DNA of 63,633 nt, counting the filler, from Octopus bimaculoides (lineage: Eukaryota), in NCBI RefSeq assembly GCF_001194135.2. It is 5 parts of 5 records of this genome, joined end to end, with 100 filler letters (N's around TTAATTAATTAA, not from the genome) between each part and the next. Parts side by side here need not be neighbours in the genome. Positions count along the whole stretch, not along the records: positions 1 to 20,904 come from NC_068996.1; positions 21,005 to 28,303 come from NC_068986.1; 3 more parts are not named here. One strand, 5' to 3'. The position numbers and the translations under genes were made by a program. The notes under the pieces were generated by a model, which had not been told where the DNA came from, made no database searches, and saw only the letters and a program-made list of their open reading frames with translations. Below, in pieces: positions 9,095-21,884 of the stretch; the first letter of the stretch is position 1; each line of letters opens with the position of its first letter.

Positions 9095-11801
9095 CAACTG
9101 AATTTACTTCATCAGAACCAAAGGTACTTGAATTTTGCATTTGTATTTATTCCATACATGTCCAATGCTTCAGCTTTGAATAACTTACTAAATTCTTACA
9201 CATGTTTTGTGCTTTTTAATCCTCTCCTCTTTAGGAATTTAGATGCACATCTTTTTTTCTCTCTCACTCCCCCTCTCTACCTCCTTCTTTCCAATTTACT
9301 CTTCATATCATGAAATGTGATTTCAAAGTAACAAAATGTATTATGGTTTACTGAAATCCTTGTTTATAATTTTCTTGTCTTTTATGTCAGTGTCACAAAG
9401 AACTCATTCTACGTACAGTCTTTGTAGCATTTACGAAAACCATTCCATACGGTATAAAAATATTGACGTCAGTTGAAATAATCAAGCTGTTTGATATTAA
9501 CAACATCAGTCAACCCCAGTTTCTCAAATCTAAACTATACTAAATGTGATTTGTGTTCATTTTTGTTTAATTTCTACCAGCTTCTGAAGTGTAGCCTCTA
9601 TCAAATATAATTCCCAAACATTTATTATTGCATGCAGATACAACTAAGTTAAGAAATGATTATGTTTGTAGTAGAAAGCCAAAAATCTATTTGTCAATAT
9701 CTATGAGGAGTATTGTGTGTTTTTTTGAAATTGCTACATTTCAATTAGAAAACAACTACTACAATCTAGCAGGCAATCCATAGGATGGAATTGAATATAT
9801 GACCAGCACACCTTGGACTCTTCTAAATAAAAACAGACCTACATAAACATTGTCATGTGCATATTGCCCAACTGCCTGATTCAAAGATGAAAATATATGT
9901 CTATGATCTTACATGGTGTATAAAATATGATTAGTCTTACATCAGAAAAGTGCACATATGGGTTAAAAGACACTTCTCTACTACTGCTTCTTCTATCAAA
10001 AAACATGTACAGAAATACCAAACCCAAAACATTTAGGTTTCCATTGACGTCACAGAATGAAATGTTGGGAATCTCAGAATAAAAAATGCCATCATCATTA
10101 GCAATACCAAAGTGCATATTAACAACAGAACTAAGCTACATGCAGCTGAATGGCTATTATAGCAAAGCTGTCCTGTGCATGCAAAACAATCCTCCATTAA
10201 TGTACTCCAGAACAGAAAATCTAGCTTGCAACTCTAAATGTCCAAAGATTTCCTGAATAACCGGTCTTAGTCCCCAAATATCAAAATAAAAGATCAAAAA
10301 AACAAATCATTGACTTACCTTTTTTTATAACTCACAATGGCTTGGCTTTTCCAGAAAATTAAACCATGTATCCGTGTGCGTGTGTACGTGTGTGTACACT
10401 ATTTTAAATTTAGCTGATGACAGCCTGTATTTTGTACAAATATAATTTTCCCACAATGGAAGAATAACTAAATACTCATCAGACAAAAATGATGAGAAAT
10501 GTCATGATTTGTAAAGGAAGCTTGAAAAGAAAACAAGCTGACAAGAAACTACAGTGCTGTGACAAAAAAAAAAAATACCCAAATGAAAAAAAAACCCAGA
10601 AAGCAAAACAAAAATGTGTGTTTATATTTGTTTGTCACTCTGGTTGCCTATCTTTGATTACAGCATTAGATTCTGTCTGATTGTGTCTGTCTACCTCTGA
10701 GTTATCTATTTCTCTACCTTGACACCTCTAACAAATATTTGGTTAATTTTTATACCTATTCTACAAAAGTAATATCACATTTGATGATAAAAATGTCAAT
10801 TTTCAATTTTCTAATAATTAATATATTTTTCAATGTTGAACAACACTCTCCTCATAGTTTAAAGGTTCTGTTTTGTGAGTTACTTATGACCTGTCTATTG
10901 CTGTTTCTACATTAAAAAGTACCCTGTACAAAATGGTCTGCATTAGGAAGGACATCCAGCTATTGAAACTAATGCCAAAGCAGACATTGGAGTACGGCAC
11001 AGTCCTCTGGCTTGCCAGCTCTCAACAAAATGTCCAGTTCATGCCAGCATCAAGCCTTTCGGTTGGTAAATAGATCAAAGTTCAATTTAAGAGTTCGTTA
11101 ATAATTTTACACAGGAAAGCAATTTTAATGTAGCATATACTTTGCCCTCCTTGTTGCGACCCCATAATGGCTTTTCAAACCCCCAGACTGGGAATCCCTG
11201 GTTTATCTAATATCAGCCATGTTTACCTTTCATAATTTCATTGTCAACTGATTGATGATATTTGTTTATTTAAAAAAATTTTTCAATGATAATGATTTAA
11301 AAAAAAGAATTTAATTTTCAACTAATAATAATAAATATTAATAATACTAATGTTTTTTTTTTGTTTGTTTCAAACTCTGGACTATGAAACTATACTTTTC
11401 ATACTCTTTATATCAGTGAATGCTGAAAGAATTTTTTCTTTTTTTTTTTTACCATAAATATATTTTCTTTCAAAATTGACAGGTTTTTTTTTTTCATATT
11501 TCTTTTATTTTTCTGTTATTAAATTCAATTTGAATTTCTCTTCTGTTTTTTTTTTATTTTATAGTATGTTATTACAAAATTATTTATCGTAGAGTGTAAA
11601 CAACAATAATTAAAAGCTATATCAGAATTTGGATATTAACAAATATTTTTGTATACATTTCACTTTCATTTACACATTTTTGCATGCATGTACTTGTAGC
11701 TCTATATCTCTATATGTATTTAAATGTGTGTATATGTGTGATATATATATATATTGATGTCATAGGAATTTACAAACTTCGAGACAATGTAATTATATAT
11801 A

Positions 11802-12664
11802 CAAGCTGTTTGGGCTAAATTTGGCAATTTTTTTTTGTCTCTTTTTTTTTCTGGAACAGCTTGACATATTGGTGAACAGTCAACGGCATTGGAGAGCATA
11901 AAGATTAAAGTTGTAGTTGAGGAAAGGTTTGCTAACATGGCAGACTGGAAGCTATCTGAATATTGGAAAAAAGTGACTTGTATCATGATAATTCATGCTT
12001 GGTAACAAAGTGTCGTCATCATGGCTGCTGTTCAATACTTTGTGAACTCTGCAAAACTCTGTAAGACATCCCATGAACAGCTTCAGCAGAGACTATGAGG
12101 CTGTGGTCATAAAACTGTGATGGTTTTTTAATGTGTTTCCAACGAGGGTGATGTTTGGCTGCCCTACATCTTTGAACATGATCTTAGGATCACTTCAAAT
12201 GGCCATGTGAAACTGCTGGATATTGTAGTCAAAGACTGACTGGAGAGGGTTGCTGCTGGAATGCCATAGAATTTGGTTCTTTGCCATACTTCTGGAAAGA
12301 GCCAGATGTGGTTTTTAGAGAATTTCTACAACTCACCAGTCCAAATTTCTGGCCTCCTAAGATGTATGGGATGCATTGAGAAAGGCACCAACAACTTTAT
12401 CTACAACACCAAGGCCAAGCTCAAGGAAGTGTTTCAAGATCTTCCCATGGACACAGTGAGAAACACATGCTTCATGTTTCAAAGTTGTTTTAAGTCTGTG
12501 CTAGAAGTTGAGAGCAGCAATGTTGAGTCACCTTTTATCTCCCGGCCATAAATCTAGTTGATACTTTTCTGATTTTTAAAGAATATGTTTATTTTTGGAT
12601 GTGATATTGTTTTTCTTCTTTTTTTTCTTTTATGCAAACTGTTAAATTTAGCCTCAATAACTTG
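11802..12664 (+). mobile_element. Internally deleted mariner-like DNA transposon with transposase pseudogene
   Basis: Imperfect TIRs caagctgtttgggctaaattt / aaatttagcctcaataacttg with TA on both sides. Frameshifted remnants EGDV..P.IFE..LR...G.VKLL..VVK, CHTSGKSQ.W..ENFY, FWPP(N) at 12347-12360 resemble the mariner catalytic and WPPNSPD region. Confidence 0.85.
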
Positions 12665-14039
12665 TATGTGTGTGAGTGTGTGTGTGTATGTATGTATGTA
12701 TGTGTGTGTGTGTGTGTGCATGTCTGTAGGTATGTGTATACATATGTATGAGTGAATGTATGTATGTATGCTTGTTTGTATGTGTGTGCATGTTTGTAAG
12801 TATGTGTCTGTATACATATGTATGAGTGCATGTATGGATGTATTTATGTACGAATGAATGAACGAACAAACGAACGAACGAATGAATGAAGATGGTGGCC
12901 TGGTGCAATCATTAAGACTATTGGCTAAAATATCTTGCAGTATTTGTCTTGGTTTTTACACTTTGAATTCAAATCCTGCTGGGTTCAACCTTGCCTTTCA
13001 TATTTTTTGAATCAACAAAGTGCTTGCTCTAAGCAATGGGTTGGCAGCATAACTAATATTAGATGAGATGTCTTGTAGCATCTGTTCCAGCTCTTTGTAT
13101 TCTGATTTGAAATTCTGCATAGGACATCCATTTATCTCCTTTTATCCACAGTCATCACTGATTATTACAGCTACAATGGACAGAGAAGGATTGTGGCTCT
13201 CTGCTATAGTAAATCCATGAGAATTGGTGACAGGAAGGGCATCAGTCTATAGACTTCATGTCAAAAATGCAACATAATTGGGAGATGTGATCCCAACCAT
13301 TTTAGAAGGACAGTTAACTCCGAATAAGAATTGGCTCATACCGTGACAATCCATCTAATTCATGATAGTATGGAAAAGTGGATGTAAAATATCTCACCAC
13401 TCGTCATTGTGGATCACACACAGTAACAAAATCTCAGATACTATAGTTGCTTCATGTGTTTTTATTTTTAAAAAAATTTTTATAGTTAAAATTTGTAAGA
13501 TGATGAAATATATATTAAACAGGAATCCATGATGAGAGCAGAAAAAATTTAATTTGAAATTTGTTAGTTTCTGTATATTTGAAACTGCAATTCATAATAT
13601 AATTTGACATTTTATTATTGACAGCATCAGTAGAACATCTGAAAATGCATTTTCTCCCATTTAGTTGTGTGTATTTGTATTTTCTTGCCTTAATTCCACT
13701 TTGTTTTTAGAACTCTCTTAAAGTTGGTGAAATAGGTACCAGTTTAATACTGAGAGGTCAATACGATTGATCGTTTTTTTTTTTCTCACAAATGTGCGAC
13801 TTCATAGCTAAGTTACAAATGGCTATTATTATTTTCAATGATGTTTTATGATATTTTCCAAAGATAAGTGAAAGTGAATGCATGACTGAGCAGTTAAAAA
13901 GTTAGCTTGCCAACCACAAAGTTTCTAGTTCAGTCTCACAGAAAAACACCATGCACAAGTGTCTGCTGCATAGCACTGGGCCAACCAAATCCTTATGAAT
14001 GCATTTGATAAGCAGCTTGTTGTGTGTGTGTGTGTGTGG

Positions 14040-14310
14040 GGGATTCGTTGTGACATCACTTGACAGTTGTGAGTGTCACCATCATTCAAGTAGTGTCCTC
14101 CATATCCAATCTTTTGTGTAAACATGTGTGGTTCCTCATAAAAAGCTCCTAGTACATTCTGCAAAGTGGTTGGTGTTAGGAAGGGCATCCAGCTGTAGAA
14201 GCCTTGTCAAAATAGACAATTGGAGCCTGGTACAGCTCTCTGGTTTGCCAGCTCCCGTCAAACCATCCAACCCATGCTAGCATGGAAAACGAGCGTTAAA
14301 TGATGATGAT
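14040..14310 (+). mobile_element. SINE family 3 copy
   Basis: gtggttggtgttaggaagggcatccagctgtagaag...ccaacccatgctagcatggaaaacgagcgttaaatgatgatg. Confidence 0.8.
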
Positions 14311-14625
14311 GTCTGGCAAGGGGCAAATAATATCTTGCTTGGAAACAAGTGAGTGTTGATGATAGGAAGAGCATCTGACCATTAAAAAAATCTGCATTGA
14401 TGAATTAATTCATTGACTTATGTAAACATTAAAAAGGAAAAAGTGAACATTAAAACATTCATGATGATGATGATGATGATGATGGTGAGGAATGATCAGA
14501 CTTTGTATTTTAATTATATTGTTGAAAAAAGTTTTTTTCTGTTGAGATTAAAATGATATTGAAAATTTATTGCCAAGTAAACAATATTTATCATATTCAT
14601 TATTATATTTTCTTTGCATTTCCAG

Positions 14626-14782
14626 GTTTCCCTGCGAAAACCCCTTCAAGCAAAGATCTACAGACCTATCCCAAAAATCTTAGTTCATCTCTGAATCGGA
14701 GATCTATAGATACTATTTCTAATCATTCAGGTGGAAGCCCAATAAGCCCGGAATCAGAAGTCACTTTCCACCTTGGAGAAAG
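14626..14782 (+). CDS. STIM: STIM exon C, Ser/Pro-rich linker
   Basis: Acceptor tctttgcatttccag, donor AG|GTAAAT. 157 nt, phase 1 to 2, open: (G)FPAKTPSSKDLQTYPKNLSSSLNRRSIDTISNHSGGSPISPESEVTFHLGE(S). Phases link exons B and D exactly. Sequence itself is not conserved enough to recognise. Confidence 0.8.
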
Positions 14783-15164
14783 GTAAATTCATATCACACA
14801 CACATATATAGTCATTCACTTTTTCTATTGGTTTCAGTCATTGGACTGTGGCCATACTGGGGCATCACCTTCAATGGTTCACTTGATCAAATTGGCCCAC
14901 ATACATATTTTAAAGTTCGATGTTTATTTTGTTGATTTCTAGTTTAATGAACAAAACACCTATGTTTTCAGAAGTGAATTATTCAAAACCCAAAGAAATT
15001 CTTTTCAACACATGTCCATGATTCTACCCAACTATTCCTGCTCATGATAAGAGATGCACACATTGTCAGCCCCTAAGGAACATGTTCAGTTGGTTTAATT
15101 CAAGCAACTGACAAGCAAATCTGTGGTACTGAGGAGAATATTTTTACATAAAAGACACCATTTC

Positions 15165-15372
15165 GAGCGTGGCCGTTTTCGTGCGGGTGACACATAAAAG
15201 CACCCACTACACTCTCTGAGTGGTTGGCGTTAGGAAGGGCATCCAGCTGTAGAAACTCTGCCAAATTAGATTGGAGCCTGGTGTAGCCATCCGGTTGCAC
15301 CAGTCCTCAGTCAAATCGTCCAACCCATGCTAGCATGGAAAGCGGACGTTAAACGATGATGATGATGATGAT
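15165..15372 (+). mobile_element. SINE family 3 copy, young
   Basis: CpG-retaining copy ending ggaaagcggacgttaaacgatgatgatgatg. Confidence 0.85.
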
Positions 15373-15605
15373 GATAGCATTTCCAATCAGTTAAGATCAG
15401 AAGGCATGTGAGCCACTGCTTGGTACTGCATCAAGGAATTCATTATTATTATTATTATTATTATTGAGTGAGAGAGCAGTGTATGCTATCAAAGTGACAT
15501 TGGGGTACAAATGTATGAAGCCCAGTATACTCATCATGACTACCCGTCTGATAAGGGTACACCGGGTACATGCATCATAACCACATGTGTGTGAAATGGT
15601 GATCT
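15373..15605 (-). mobile_element. Permuted fragment of the (AAT)n-embedded element also at 26772-27314
   Basis: 15467-15605 is the reverse complement of 27175-27314; 15375-15443 is the reverse complement of the 26772-26820 start; joined through (ATT)n. Confidence 0.75.
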
Positions 15606-15900
15606 TATACCAAGATAAACAGCACATTATTGTTGCTGTTGTTGTCGTCATCCTCCTCCTCCTCCATTACAGTATTGGCAGAATTGCTAGAACATCAGAA
15701 AAATGCTTTGCCTTATTTGTTCCAGTTTTTTTTTTTAAATTTCTATGTTTTGATTTCATGTCCTTCTAAGGTCAACTCTGCTTTTCATCCTTCCTGATTA
15801 GAAAGTACTGTCTTAATGGTATTGACTGCTTTCTCTCTCGCTCTTTTTCACACTCTCTCTCTCTCTCTCTTTTTCACTCTCTCTCTCTCTNNNNNNNNNN

Positions 15901-15963
<63 letters not shown>

Positions 15964-16234
15964 TCACACAAACACACACAAAATTGTTTTTCTTGAAATT
16001 ATTATTAAGGGTTGTTGATTGTCATAACTATTTGTGTCAGAAAAACTATTTAGGTCAACTTTACTTTTCATTTTACCAGTAAAGACTTGGTGGGGTCAAT
16101 GTAATCGACCAAATCCTAGCCTGCCTCAAAATTGCAAGACAACCAAGGTGTCGCAGAAGAACCATTGGTGTGGATGCTGGTGCCATGCAAAAAGTACTGG
16201 CACTGCTGCCACATGAAAAGTACTGGCAATGGTG

Positions 16235-16400
16235 CTACAGTACACTCTGTGGAGTGGTTGACACTAGGACGGCATTAAGCCATAGAAACCAAGCCAGAAC
16301 AGACTGGAATGTAGTGTGGCCCCCAGCCTTGTCAGTTCCTGTCAAGCCATCTAATGCATGCTAGCATGGAAAAAAAAATGTCAAATGTTGATGATGATGT
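16235..16400 (+). mobile_element. SINE family 3 copy, diverged, just upstream of exon D
   Basis: cagtacactctgtggagtggttgacactaggacggcatt...ccatctaatgcatgctagcatgg...gatgatgatg. Confidence 0.65.
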
Positions 16401-16473
16401 GCTTAAATTGTTATTATTATTATTATTGTCATTATTGTTATATAACTTTTCTCCCGTTTTTATTTCATCCTAG

Positions 16474-16858
16474 CCCTCCACATTCTTTGTGTCATGAAGA
16501 TGTTGCACCACCTCCAAGCTATTCTTCAGTCAATACAGTGGTACCAAGTGGCTCTGGAAAAGTTTACAGTTCTAGTGGATATATGCCGATGACCAAATCT
16601 GAAAATCTCATTCGTAACCGTTTTGACAGCCTCATCTCGTCCACTTCAGAATCCAGTTTGACTGAGTTAGATCAACGGAAGCAATCAGAAAGTTCTTTAA
16701 GGATGACCGGATCATCGGTACTTCCTTTAACAGTGGAAGAAGGATGTGATTCTGAGACGGAATCCACTGAAAGTACAGAAGATAAAAAGAAGTCCAGAAA
16801 GAAAAAAGTTCTTGGAAAGATTTTCCGTCGCAACGGAGATGTAAAGAAGAAGTCTTAA
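16474..16858 (+). CDS. STIM: STIM terminal coding exon D with polybasic C-terminus
   Basis: Acceptor ttttatttcatcctag, phase 2 entry, open to TAA at 16856-16858. Ends ...EDKKKSRKKKVLGKIFRRNGDVKKKS*, resembling the STIM lysine-rich tail (STIM1 RKKFPLKIFKKPLKK). Confidence 0.88.
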
Positions 16859-17040
16859 CTGGAGCAACTGGTTTCCATAAGTTTTTTTTTTCTAATTTTC
16901 TTTTTTTTTTTCTTAAATTCTCAGTTGAAATATTCATTTAACTGATAACTGAAGAAAATTATCAGAAGCTGGTGGACTGTCAAAAATAAGTTGTTATATT
17001 TTTTATAAAAAAAAAATGCAACAAAAAAAAAAAAAGATAC

Positions 17041-17046
17041 AATAAA
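17041..17046 (+). promoter_or_regulatory. Candidate proximal polyadenylation signal of STIM
   Basis: First AATAAA I found after the stop codon (about 180 nt downstream). AT-rich context makes chance occurrence likely and the 3' UTR may be longer. Confidence 0.35.
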
Positions 17047-17169
17047 TTGAGAAAAATTTTTTTTGAAACTACAAAAAAAAAGAGAAAAATGTATTGAACT
17101 CTATGTGCATTGGCAGAATTCTTTGATCTTTGATTCCATTCTAGAGATATACCTAATAGTTTACTGGCT

Positions 17170-17170
17170 A

Positions 17171-17228
<58 letters not shown>

Positions 17229-17828
17229 CCCAGAATCCAATCTGGTCCTTCCTTCCCCCCAACTTCTTTGAAATATTAAACAAAATATAATTATATGTAT
17301 ATATATATATATACACACAAACACACACACACACATATATAAGCACATATATATATATATGTATATATGTATATATATGTGTATGTATATATATATATAT
17401 GTGTGTATGTATATATATATGTATATATATATATATGTGTATATATATGTGTATATATATGCATATATATGTGTGTATGTATATATATATGTATATATAT
17501 ATATATATATGTGTGTATATATATGCATATATATGTGTGTATATATATATATATATATGTATTAAGAAGAAATATCCTCTCATGTAGTTTGTGTATATAA
17601 TGAACAGTGTTAAATGTATTTGTGTTGAGAGAGAAAGAATGATGAGAAAGAGCATATATGCATATTAAGATATGTCTGTATGCATGTGTGTATAAGTGAG
17701 CGTATATGTATGTGTATGTATTTGTAGCTTTGCATTTACTTGTGACTGCATATATATGCATATGTATGTGCATGTATATATCTATATGCATATATATATG
17801 TATGTATATGCACATATATGTATATATA

Positions 17829-17862
<34 letters not shown>
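17170..17862. repeat. Compound (TA)n/(TG)n microsatellite tracts
   Basis: Directly visible; source of the many YIYI/HTH/CVCV ORFs; followed by an N-gap 17863-18714. Confidence 0.95.
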
Positions 17863-18985
17863 NNNNNNNNNNNNNNNNNNNNNNNNNNNNNNNNNNNNNN
17901 NNNNNNNNNNNNNNNNNNNNNNNNNNNNNNNNNNNNNNNNNNNNNNNNNNNNNNNNNNNNNNNNNNNNNNNNNNNNNNNNNNNNNNNNNNNNNNNNNNNN
18001 NNNNNNNNNNNNNNNNNNNNNNNNNNNNNNNNNNNNNNNNNNNNNNNNNNNNNNNNNNNNNNNNNNNNNNNNNNNNNNNNNNNNNNNNNNNNNNNNNNNN
18101 NNNNNNNNNNNNNNNNNNNNNNNNNNNNNNNNNNNNNNNNNNNNNNNNNNNNNNNNNNNNNNNNNNNNNNNNNNNNNNNNNNNNNNNNNNNNNNNNNNNN
18201 NNNNNNNNNNNNNNNNNNNNNNNNNNNNNNNNNNNNNNNNNNNNNNNNNNNNNNNNNNNNNNNNNNNNNNNNNNNNNNNNNNNNNNNNNNNNNNNNNNNN
18301 NNNNNNNNNNNNNNNNNNNNNNNNNNNNNNNNNNNNNNNNNNNNNNNNNNNNNNNNNNNNNNNNNNNNNNNNNNNNNNNNNNNNNNNNNNNNNNNNNNNN
18401 NNNNNNNNNNNNNNNNNNNNNNNNNNNNNNNNNNNNNNNNNNNNNNNNNNNNNNNNNNNNNNNNNNNNNNNNNNNNNNNNNNNNNNNNNNNNNNNNNNNN
18501 NNNNNNNNNNNNNNNNNNNNNNNNNNNNNNNNNNNNNNNNNNNNNNNNNNNNNNNNNNNNNNNNNNNNNNNNNNNNNNNNNNNNNNNNNNNNNNNNNNNN
18601 NNNNNNNNNNNNNNNNNNNNNNNNNNNNNNNNNNNNNNNNNNNNNNNNNNNNNNNNNNNNNNNNNNNNNNNNNNNNNNNNNNNNNNNNNNNNNNNNNNNN
18701 NNNNNNNNNNNNNNTATATATATATTTGTCTTTTCAGTTCTCAATACTGATCATCTAACATTGAGAGAAAGATATTGTTTTGGTGCAAAATTGTGACTAG
18801 ATAACAACAGTTTCATCCAATAATAATAATAATAATAATGATGATAATAATAATAGTAATAATAATAATGATGATGATAATATCATTGTTATTATTAACA
18901 ATAGACCTCTCCATTCTTGTCATACTCTCATTCCTCTGAAACAATTTTTTTTTTGTATTTCAATGATTTTTATTATTATTATTAA

Positions 18986-19019
<34 letters not shown>

Positions 19020-20696
19020 GTTGTTGTTGCTGTTTTCAAAAATAAGGTTCATTAACCAAAGTGTTTATTTTAACTTAGTAGTTTTCCAATTATTAATGTT
19101 ATAATGTATAAGAGTTAGGGTGGGGTGGAGCAGCAGACATGATGGCGGCAGCAGAGGGTGGTGGTGGTAGGTAGTAAACTAAATGCTTTTTTGCATAACT
19201 TTTAACATTTGAATTTTTAGACCCTGCTATCATTGACATTGCATTTCACGTCCTTCCATTTGTTGTTGCTGTTGTTGTCGTTGACAAAATAAAGACTGGC
19301 GGGGAGGGGGGCGGCAGGAATGGTTTGTCAAATCAATTAACCATATCCTGCTCTTTTCAGATATATAGCATAAGGACAATGCAGTTTGTTATTTTGGAGT
19401 TACAACTGCTGCTGCTGCTGCTACTACGACTACTACTACTACTAGTAGTAGTAGTAGTTGTAGTAGTTGTAGGAGTAGAAGTGACAAAGCGTTAGACTAA
19501 ATGTCTTGCAGTGTTTATTTATGGCCCTTTACAATCTGAATCCAAATTCCATCACGGTCACTTTTATGTTTGATCCTTCCAGGATACCAGTGATGTACTA
19601 GGGGAATACTCAGCTGATCCTTCAATGAAGTGTATGCTGATTCTATGAACTGGTGTGAATTGTTGTCAATATTGAACACTACAAAAGCATGGAAAGGTGT
19701 ATGGCCTAGTTGTTACGGTGTTGGACACATGATCTTAAGATTGTAGCTGGGTTCGATTTCAGGGTCAATTGGCACACTGTGCCCTTGCACAGATCATGCC
19801 ATTTCTTGTGTCTCAAGTCTATTCTACTGAATATGAGTTGTCTCTGTTGTAGCATGATGCCACTTAGGCTGTTACGTGCAAACCTTGTGGGTAACAGTAT
19901 GCTAGTTTTCCTTTATGGCCAAAAGCATGCTGGATGATAAAGTACCAGTGAAATAACTTGGTTAGTGAAATAAAAGTACCGGGGAAATGAATGGGTTGAT
20001 GAAATAAAGTAGCAGTGAAATAACTGAGCTGATTAATGGATCTGATGAAGTACCAGTGACATACTGGAGTCAATTAAATAGACAGACCCTCCTCACCCTC
20101 CCACAAAAGGTCATTATTATCATCTTCATTGAATATATAAGGGGGTTGAGTGGATAAGAAAGCAAATACTGGGCTCTGAGCTCATTTGTATGCCCCTGCA
20201 GGTGATGCATTTTATCCTGGAACAAGTTTCTTCATTCTACTTGCTTTGTAGAACAAAATCCTTACTTTGATTTAAATATTTGTTATTCTATAATTTTTAC
20301 TTTTTCACTAATGTTGCTATTATCATCATCATCATCATTGCCACCATATTACAATACAAATATGCTACAAAATCTATGATGCACTTCTGGTTAAAGGCTT
20401 TTTCTAGATTGCAGGCTCAGTTTGGTTGCTTAAGTATAAGCAGTTTGTATTTGAGAGTGAACTCTGTGTGTGTGTGTGTGTGTGTGTGCGCTATGTGAAT
20501 GGTGTGCATACTGCAAGTGTTAGTGCACTGTGTGTGTGTGAGTTCCTTGTGTGTGTGTGTTTGAATGTTGTATTGGTTTGTGTGCAGGTGATTGTTATGC
20601 ATATATATGTGTGTATGTAAGAAAGCAGTTATAGTGTATATGTATCAGTGCCGTGTGTATGTGTGTGTATGCACACCCTGCATACATGCGCACGCG

Positions 20697-20728
<32 letters not shown>

Positions 20729-20904
20729 CACGAACATACTCATGTATTTAAATGTGATGTTGGCTAGTTGAGATGGTTGCCACTTCAATTCCAAATTCAT
20801 TATTTTGTGGCACAAAAAGAAAAGAAGGCAAAAAAACACTTTGTCAATATGCCATATTTGTCAAGAATATCACACCAATGAATTGACTGTTTTTATCAAT
20901 ACCC

Positions 20905-21004
20905 NNNNNNNNNNNNNNNNNNNNNNNNNNNNNNNNNNNNNNNNNNNNTTAATTAATTAANNNNNNNNNNNNNNNNNNNNNNNNNNNNNNNNNNNNNNNN
21001 NNNN
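20905..21004. other. Scaffolding gap with synthetic TTAATTAATTAA linker
   Basis: 44 N + TTAATTAATTAA + 44 N = 100 bp. Same construct at 28304-28403, 45624-45723 and around 61263-61274. Confidence 0.95.
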
Positions 21005-21071
<67 letters not shown>

Positions 21072-21293
21072 CTCTCTCTTTCTCTCTAACTCACACACTC
21101 ACACGCACACACACACACACACATACACACACGCATATAATCACGTTTGTGCATTAATACACACACATGTACAAACATAAAATGAATCACAGAAAAAAAG
21201 ATATATACAGTGTGTAATTTGCGTATATGATAATACATATAGGTATGTATGCATGCGTGCGTGTGTATGTATACGTATATATGTATGTGATGC

Positions 21294-21326
<33 letters not shown>

Positions 21327-21884
21327 CATATGTACACACGAATTTAATCATCCAAGTATACTAATGCGGTTTAATCCCCTTAAATTCGTTGACCCTATTA
21401 GAATCTATTCAGTGCTAAAATCATTCTGGCGGCCATCTTATTCTTCAATCCACAGCGTACAATCTGACAGCTGTCCTATTTACTGCACCCGTCTTTGTCC
21501 CTTACAATAAACCAGACCTTTATTGATATTATCTAAAGATGTTACGTAAAGCAAAGTAGTGAATACAAATCATGTGGAGTTGACTATAACTTCATTGCAA
21601 TTTGCGCGCCTCATTTGTTGCTTTAATTAAAAATCATTAATTACTAAGACGGCGAGTTGGCAGAATCGTAAGCAAGCCGGACAACATATTTAGCGGCATT
21701 TCTTCCGGTTTTACATTCTGAATTCAAATACCTGTCATCCTTTCGGAGTCGATGAAATAAAGTAACAGCCAAATTGAGGGATCGATGTTATCGATTTATT
21801 ACTACCTATTTCTTAAAATCACTGGTCTTTTGCCAAAATTTCAGATTATCATTAATTAGAAAGATTTAATTATAAATAAATCAT

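Noticed and set aside
10309-10325. Consensus AG|GTAAGT donor on the minus strand within STIM intron
   Set aside because: No matching acceptor or open exon found upstream on that strand.
20949-20960. TTAATTAATTAA palindrome recurring four times
   Set aside because: Always centred in N-gaps; synthetic linker with stops in all six frames.
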